In this document: one piece after another, positions 50,999-64,000 of the stretch | Position numbering within the stretch: position 1 is the first letter of the stretch | Layout: the number at the start of each line of letters is the position of its first letter | NCBI RefSeq assembly: GCF_009914755.1 | Contig: NC_060925.1 | Length of the DNA: 64,000 nt | Reading direction: 5' to 3' (one strand) | Source of the DNA: the human T2T-CHM13v2.0 reference genome, Homo sapiens | Notes under the pieces: model-generated | Told to the model about the DNA's origin: nothing | Seen by the model: only the letters and a program-made list of their open reading frames with translations | The model's database searches: none | Made by a program: the position numbers and the translations under genes

Positions 50999-52976
50999 AA
51001 GACAGACAAGTAAACAGACGCTTAATGATTTGTTCATTCAGCAGATATTTAACTATATCCTAAACAAGTGCTCCAGTAGCAATGCAGAAGAGCTGCCGTG
51101 AGAGCAGTGGGCAATAAGTACCCAATTCTCCCTACAACTACATAGGAATTTACTAAAAGGACAAGGAAATATTGACCATAGAGGGGAAATAATCACTACT
51201 GTTTATGCAAAGTTAGATGAAAGTGACAGAACAAATAGAGTTCTGGGAACTGCAAGTAGTTCAGAATGCTGGTAAAGTGTTATAGGAATGAAGGAAAATG
51301 AAACTAGAAATATTCACAGGCAATATCAAGAGTTTGCATTTAAGGTACAAGTTGGAGAACCACTGAAGGATTTTAACTGGAAGAGGAGTCAAATCAGATC
51401 TCCAGTTTAGAAGATATGTTAGAGAGGAGTGAAATGGGAAATAGGTCAGTACGAGCCTGTGGTAAAAGTCTCAGTAAGACAGCATGAGAGCTTTAAACCA
51501 AGGTAATGACACTCTAAAGGAATTGGAGGAGCCAGACTTAAATGAAATTTCACAGGCAAATCTGAAGAATTTGGTGACAGAAAGCATGTTGGAGAAGAGA
51601 GACAGAAAAGAATCTGTTCAGGTGTTGAGGCCATTCATTGGAATTGGGAAACTAAGACAGGGAGCAAAGACATGGAGGGAGATAAGAAATATGGTAAAGC
51701 TAATGTGTCTAAATAAGGAAACACTGCAAAAACAAAATTTATGAATTAAGACATAACTGTACCACAGAGTATACACGTAAAAAGATGTATACATCTTTTT
51801 AAAATTTTTAAATTTTTTTAAATTTTTTCACCCCATGAGCTCTAGACTAAGATGTATATACCTCTTTATCTATCTATATATAGACAGATAGGGTAATAGA
51901 TAGGGTTTTTTGTTGTTTTTTTCTTTCTTTTATGAATTGGGTGTCTCCCACAATCAAGAAATATACCTCCTCCTTCATGTTTCTAGCTAATAGAAGTAAA
52001 ACTTGTGGTTGTGTAGAAGTAATTTGGAAATTGACTCTCAAAACGCTTATTTTGAGTATCCGAAGAGACCTATGATTAAGCTTAAATGAAGCATTTCAGT
52101 GTTTCCTAATTGATTTATGACGATAAATAATAATTCCCATGGCTAAAATGTAAAAACACATGGAAAACAACAGAAGGCTATTTGAGAGTGATGAACTTCT
52201 GAGTTCCATATTTTAAGAGGGATACACCAGGATAGTTATTAGAGTATGCTTAGTGAAGGGCAACCAAGATGGCAGAGAATGTGAAAACCATTATATGGGA
52301 AACATGTACTGTTTAGCCTGATAATGAGAAGACTTAAAGGAGTTATGACAATCATTTCCAAATGTTTCAAGAGCTGTCATGTATTAACATTAAACTCTGT
52401 GGCTCCAGAAAGCAGAGCTTGGTCCAGTGGTGCAAATGCAAAGAGTCAGATCTTGGGGTCAATAAAAACAATAATGTTCCAGCAGCCAGAGCAGTCAAAT
52501 AATTATATAATCACCTCAGATATAATTATTATAGATACCCATCACCAGTGATGTTTAAAGAGGAATGAGATAACCACTAGGTTAGAGTACTTGTAGAAAG
52601 AATGCTTGTATCAGGTAAAATATATTGCCATTCTGAAATTCCATATTCCACAATTTTATGGAGTGACACCTTAGGACTGGATGTGGCCAAAATCTTCTAC
52701 ATGGCATAGTCCCTAGTTATAGGGGCATACAACTAATTGTTTAAGCTTAGCATTGTTCATACTGGCTTAAATACTATTAAGCCTTAGTCTAGCCCTGTCC
52801 TTGGTGTATAATTCCTACAACTGGAACTGTTTGTGCATCTTACTTAAATTTATCAGTTAATATTAGGTATTATGAGTTCCCCTTGGCCTTAACCCCTACT
52901 CTTATCAAAGAAACATGTTTAGAAAATGAAGCTTATCTTCCACAGGACTTTAGGCATAAAATGTGATTAAGATTTA

Positions 52977-57727
<4,751 letters not shown>

Positions 57728-58162
57728 AAAATTTATTTTTACTTCATTCTCTTTCTGTTGATATAAGGTCCCTTTGTTATCAAGAATACAGGTGCAGCTG
57801 TGTTTTCCCACTCCCCTGCCCTTTAACTTTGTAACTAATTTTCCATATACCTTTAAGTCCATTTTCTCATGTCCATATTTCATTTCCCAACTGAAAGACT
57901 ACATTAGGGAGGAGGCAGGTATTGGTTGGAAGTCAGAGTAGGGGAAATCCCTTCCAAAGACAAAGAAGAATAAGTAGAGTAAGCTGCAGATGTTAATATT
58001 ATATTGTGGTGGTGGTAAGGTGATCAAGTGAATTGTAACCTCCTTGAGTACAGGAAACTTACCCTGTATTTCTTTGAATTCTCCATAGCATAGTAATTGT
58101 TTATAGGATTATTGTTCCTTCTGAGGTAATTTTACAGTTAAAATGTTAATTTTTGTTTTTAG

Positions 58163-58235
58163 GTCTAAAGACATTGCCCTCACAGAGTGAAATGATGGCA
58201 GAAATATCTAAAGCTCAAGAGGAAATTGACAAAAG
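58163..58235 (+). CDS. FMO5: FMO5 exon 8
   Basis: (G)LKTLPSQSEMMAEISKAQEEIDK(R); TTTTAG acceptor, AG|GTAAGA donor; 73 nt restores the phase between exons 7 and 9. Confidence 0.96.
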
Positions 58236-59127
58236 GTAAGAAACTCTCCCAGGAAGATATATGGTTACATTTCTACTTATTTCTTAATAAAAGAAATATT
58301 GTACTGTATTTAACTGCCTCATGTTAGCTTAAGGATTTAGATTCTATTATGAAGAAAAAAGGAAAAATAATTTGTGACAATAGAATGGAGAAATAGCACT
58401 AGTAGTCTAAATATGGGTAAGAAAAGAGAGAAAAGTTTTAGGTGTCTAAAATCATATGTTTAATGCCTAAAAAAAGTCACATAGGAAAATGCATATGGAA
58501 ATAAAATCAGAAGGCAGAAGGTATATTATTTTTGTGAGGATTACTTGAAGTGCTAGTAGACTTGCCAGAGGAAGGAAGAGTGACAGTAAATGAATGAGAG
58601 GTAGCTATGGGTGAATTACAAATCTGTAGGTAGATTTACAAGTCTGCAGTGGCAGCTTTGCTGGCAATGCTCATGTGACAGCACACTCAAGTCACAGTGG
58701 CTCATGGTATGAATAGTCACTGTGAGTTGGGAACATGGTAACAGCCAGCTGCTTAGTGTTTTGATGAACACAATCATTTAGCAGTCTGAATTTCAGAACT
58801 TAAGCTCAATCGCTGGGTGTTTTTTATTTGGACAAAGTGGAAATTGATGGTAAGTCTCTAAATTTCTGTGGAAAACTGAGAGACACAATCATTCCAGGCC
58901 TAAAGAGGTGGTTATCTTCAACTGATGATACTTGCATAACTTTCCTTTGTGTGGGAGGAGGAGAAAGTAAGTTTTTATTTAATTCCGTTACAACTTCCAG
59001 GTGCTCTCCTATTTTCCTCCTTCCTTTCACTGCCAAACCTCTGCACTAAATTTTCTAAATTCTCACCTTTTGCTGCCTCCCTAAGCCTTCTGCATTGTTA
59101 ACTTCCATCCTTACTCCTTAAACTGCC

Positions 59128-59417
59128 TTTTTTTTTTTTAGACGGAGTCTCACTCTGTCACTCAGGCTGGAGTCAGTGGCACGATCTTCGCTCACTGCAA
59201 CCTCTGCCTCCTGGGTTCAAGCGATTCTCCTGCCTCAGCCTCCTGAGTAGCTAGGACTACAGGTGCACACCACCAAACCCAGCTCATTTTTGTATTTTTA
59301 GTAGAGATGGGATTTCTCCATGTTGGCCAGGCTGGTCTCAAACTCCTGACCTTGTGATCTGCCCGCCTCAGCCTCCCAAAGTGCTGGGATTACAGGCATG
59401 AGCCACCGTACCTGGCC
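59128..59417 (-). mobile_element. Alu (AluS-like)
   Basis: Antisense dimer. Confidence 0.93.
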
Positions 59418-59638
59418 GGAAACTGCTCTCTTAAAGGTCACCTGTGACCAACTTCATTTTCCTTCTTCTCACTACTGAGTTTGGTGCTTTTAAACATTTC
59501 TTCCTTCTTGCAGTGCTTTCTTTTCTGGCTCTAAAGTATCTTATTTTAACTTTCCTCCTCTCTTTCCTTTGACTTATTTTTGTCTAACCACCTCCTGAAC
59601 CTGAGTAGTCAGTAACCCAAGGATATAATGTAACCTTT

Positions 59639-59747
59639 TTTTTTTTTAACTTCTGAAATAGTAAATATTTATTTATTTATTTATTTTATATTTAAGTTCT
59701 AGGGTACATGTGTACAACGTGCAGGTTTTTTACATATGTATACATGT
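59639..59747 (-). mobile_element. Very short L1PA 3' end insertion with extra 3' sequence
   Basis: TTAAGTTCTAGGGTACATGTGTACAACGTGCAGG L1 terminus; TSD ATGTAACCTTT (59628-59638 / 59744-59754). Confidence 0.8.
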
Positions 59748-59863
59748 AACCTTTATTAAAGGCCGACTATGTGTATACATTGTTTTATATGAGTTTATTT
59801 AATCTGCATAATCAAGGCAGGAGCTAGTGAACCTCTTTTGTGAAACCTTCATGAATACTATAG

Positions 59864-60169
<306 letters not shown>

Positions 60170-61164
60170 TCATGAATAGTATAGATCTTGACCTACTATT
60201 ATAGGATAAATAAATGCATGTCTACAAACTCTTGAGCCAACATATTGTTCATAAGGGAAAGCTCTCAAATTCTTTACTGTTTTACCTTTTTCTCTCCTAA
60301 ATCTAGTCCCATTTCAATAAATTCCTACTTGACCCTCTATCAGGTCCTCTGAAATTCCATCTCACCAGTTCTACCTCAAATTTATTTTCTATCATTTTTT
60401 TCCTGTCCCTGTTCTTGGATTCTTCAATCTCAATTGGCTTGACTTGGCTTTTCTCTTCCTCTCTGTCCTACAGTTCTTTCTTTTCATTACAGAAAGTAAA
60501 AAGTGAAAGTCACTCATTAGCTCACCAAATCCCACTCCACCACACAGATATCACTGTTAATCAACCACATTTTCCCCTTTAAAAAGCCCTTTTAAATCTT
60601 TAAATCTGCACTTGGTGTAATAATTTCATTTGTCTCCATTTGGAGGGCTACTTCCTCTTGTGGAATAAATCATTCTCCCTCATCCTTTCAGGATTCCAAA
60701 TTAACATTGGCCCTGGGAAGTCCTGCCCTGTGGACCCTGTCACCACTGCCCTCATCAAATAATAGAGGATGCCATACTTGAGAATTTTTGTGATGGGTTT
60801 TCTCTTTCTCATAACATCAGAGTCCTTTGTATCTAGATGTGCTATACCTGCCCCTCATCTTATCTGTATCTTTCACATCCTTCAAGAACCTAACGATTAC
60901 AGCTCTCTTTTAACTATCCCCTCTCCACATTTCTATTTGGCAGTCTGAAACCACTCAGAAGTCTCGCTTCATGTTTATCTGTCTTATCTCCTTTTGTAAG
61001 TCCTAAGATCCTTAAGGACAGTGACCAATGTTTTATCTTTCTTCTCTATATTCCACAGCTCCTAGTCTGATATTGAGCCAATAGCAGGCACTCAGAAGGC
61101 AGTAATTGATTGACTGACTGATTGAATTATTGACAGGCCATGGTTTCTGTCTTTTCTACTTTAG

Positions 61165-61510
61165 GTATGTGGAGAGCCAACGCCATACCATTCAGGGAGA
61201 CTACATAGATACCATGGAAGAGCTTGCTGATTTGGTGGGGGTCAGGCCCAATCTGCTGTCTCTGGCCTTCACTGACCCCAAGCTGGCATTACACTTATTA
61301 CTGGGACCCTGCACTCCAATCCACTATCGTGTACAGGGCCCTGGAAAGTGGGATGGGGCTCGAAAAGCTATCCTCACCACAGATGATCGCATCAGGAAGC
61401 CTCTGATGACAAGAGTAGTTGAAAGGAGTAGTTCTATGACTTCAACAATGACAATAGGCAAGTTTATGCTAGCTCTTGCCTTCTTTGCTATAATTATAGC
61501 TTACTTCTAG
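61165..61510 (+). CDS. FMO5: FMO5 exon 9, last coding exon with C-terminal membrane anchor
   Basis: YVESQRHTIQGDYIDTMEE...GPGKWDGAR...FMLALAFFAIIIAYF*; coding exons sum to 1602 nt (533 aa + TAG). Confidence 0.98.
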
Positions 61511-62130
61511 TTGTCCTATTGTCACTGCCCTGTTTTTCATTGGGAAGCTTATCTACAGATGCCTTCAGAATCTGACGAGATTGACTCTCAGTTTCATATT
61601 GCCCAGAAATCTACTTTAATGTCTCTTTCGAAAGCATTAATTCACTTTCCTTTTTCCTACAATGAAACCTGTTTTCCATTTGTATTAACTCATCTCCCTT
61701 CCACTCATGATCCGTCACTCTTCCTTGTGGTAATCCCTAGACTGGGAGCTCAGGTACTCTTTTAGTCATCTTTGTATGTCTTTAGCAGAGTTCTTGACAT
61801 GTGGTAGGTGCTTAATAAATGTTTGTTGTTTATCAAATTTTATGGTAGGGAGAGTAAGTCAGCATCGGTATAAAATCGCTTACTCCACGTAACTCTTCTT
61901 CTGATAGGGTTTGATTTTCTATTAGAAGCTCAATTTTAGTTTTTTTTTCATATTATAACTAAATATGTTTCCTGAGAGATAAGAGAAATAATGTTCCTAC
62001 AATAGTTGTATGTATCTAAGATAAGACATATAGATGCTTAAGACATTTTGTTTCACTTGCTATTCACTAGTGTACTTGAAACATGGTCATTTTTAGCCCT
62101 TTTCCTTAGGAACCATGTCTTTATTTTCTC

Positions 62131-62136
62131 AATAAA
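62131..62136 (+). terminator. Likely FMO5 polyadenylation signal (second candidate AATAAA at 61814-61819)
   Basis: AATAAA ~620 nt after the stop, preceded by U-rich sequence. Confidence 0.65.
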
Positions 62137-63449
62137 GAAATTACTTTCAACTTTCTAGGCTCACAGTCATTCAGATCATCTACCATCTGCCAATGAGATC
62201 AACTTGGTTGAGAATTTTGGGATTTTAAATTAGCTGTCCTACCTTTTTAAATCTCTTTTAAATCCTTCCCATATTAGGATCCAACAAAACTTTATCTTAG
62301 GAAATATGATAAGTAGCTTCCAATTGTTGTAGTGTGGTCTACAAATGTGATTTGATTCATCTTCCCCCACTCTAATTTTCTCCCCTTTTCTCCTCCCTTA
62401 CATGGAGTCTAAGTAAGTATTTGAACAAGTCATTTATGTATTAAATTAGAACTGATATTAACTAAATGTAGGAACATTCTGCTTATACCAGTTTTTCTCA
62501 TGTCGTAAAGTGTAGTTCTGAAAAACAGAGCAAATGAAATGCAAAGCAGGTACTTGGGTTTACATCCCAGTGCCACTGATGATTCTGTTTTCTCATCTGT
62601 GGAAGTTTCACTGTTCTTGTTTCATGGAGAAATTAACTAAGTGTCAGCTGTCAGGCACACTGAACTCAGGTGATGTTCATTAATAGCTGTTGTACAATAT
62701 GTTTGTATTTGGATTGCTGCTTATTACTTAACAACAGGATAAACCTGAACAATGGAAAAGACCAACATTAGAGAGTATTATCTTTCCAAATACACACACC
62801 TGTAAGAGAACTGGAAATGTGAGAACTACAACTTCTTCTTATTTAAACATTTGAACAATTGCCGGCCCTTTCACCGAATTTACCTGTGGAATGCCTTTTG
62901 AGAGTTAGAGAACTGAGAACTGGTATTACTTTTCAGGTCTTTTGCTTTCCCTAATCCTTGTGATACTGGAGATTTATCATCTATTAAAATGGACCTAGTA
63001 TTTTTAAATCTGCATATCAAAAGCAAATTGAATGTCTCTTGCTTCCTTTTAATTTCTTTTAACATATAAATTTCTCTTTTAGCATGTAAATTTGTTGAAT
63101 TAACAGCCCTTTGATAATATAATTCCTAGTTATCAGCAATAAGTACACCAGTTTCTTTTTTAAATTAGGAGTATGTAATTCTAAATTAATTGATTCTCTC
63201 ATTGTACATATTATATGCAAGGTTACAAAAAAAATCAATGGTTAATGATTTTTTAGCTCAACCAAGCTAAAAGATGTGAACAAGAAATTGAACTCAAAAC
63301 AACTTAAGATACAAAGCTCTTGTTACTGATAATGTCTAATAATATTCATCAATTTACCATATCTTGCTCTTATATTAAAATGTTCTATCATTTTCCTAAT
63401 TATTTTAAAGTCGATTACAAAAATATATATATATTCTTGTAGTGCCAGA

Positions 63450-64000
63450 AAATTGAATACATTAATAAATGGGGTAGAATAGATGAATCTCCCATGAAGA
63501 AGAATTCCAAATAATTTATGAACTCTGCCCTCAAGGATATGGAGCAGAACTTCCTACTTCTCTAGTGTGAGCTGAATAGTGACTTCCTTCCAAAAATTAC
63601 ATATGGAAAGGGGGAAAATAACTTTGTAGTGGAGAAATCTGATAAACACTATCTCGGCTAGGTTATCAAGATTAACACTAACAGTAATAAGTCACACTGA
63701 TAGTATGTACCTTTGAGATGAAGTGATGAGAAGGCCACTTTACCTCTCTGTTGTATTCCTCTCAAAAACCATAATGCAGTCTAACCATGAGAAAAACATC
63801 AGACAAACCCAAGTTGAAGAATATTCTACAAATACCTGACTACCTCAAAACTGTCAAGATCATCAACAAAGAAAGTCTGAGAAATTGTCCCGGAATAAAG
63901 GGGCCTAAGGAGACATAACATCTAAATGTAATGTAGTATCCTGGATGGACTCCTGCAACAGAAAAAGAACTTTAAGTAAAAATTAAGGGAATATTAATAA
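63450..64000 (+). mobile_element. Old L1M (L1MC/MD-like) 3'UTR fragment
   Basis: Motifs AGTGACTTCCTTCCAAA, CTAACCATGAGAAAAACATCAGACAAACCCAA, TCCTGGATGG...ACAGAAAAAG. Confidence 0.65.

Overview
Human (primate) genomic DNA recognisable as the CHD1L/FMO5 head-to-head locus (1q21.1), shown with FMO5 on the + strand. It holds the CpG-island promoter and first coding exon of CHD1L (minus strand, 5532-5658). It also holds the complete FMO5 gene: non-coding exon 1 plus 8 coding exons, 23395-61510, which splice to 1602 nt = 533 aa + stop. Two processed pseudogenes lie in FMO5 introns (RPL7A antisense, CCT8 sense). The ~17 kb between the two promoters is packed with solo ERV LTRs (LTR7, LTR5, LTR6, MER52, LTR22 carrying a full-length SVA, LTR2) and an internally deleted L1. 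Most notable observations: (1) a near-perfect 64/65-bp inverted repeat brackets the CHD1L promoter/exon 1, with one arm split by the LTR7 insertion; (2) two L1PA copies 37 kb apart share frame-preserving indels absent from my remembered consensus, and one is an Alu-L1 chimera under a single TSD; (3) a cryptic acceptor would fuse FMO5 exon 6 in frame to the 238-codon CCT8 retrocopy ORF, which has its own poly(A) site. Repeat subfamily names come from recalled consensus ends and were not run through RepeatMasker/Dfam.
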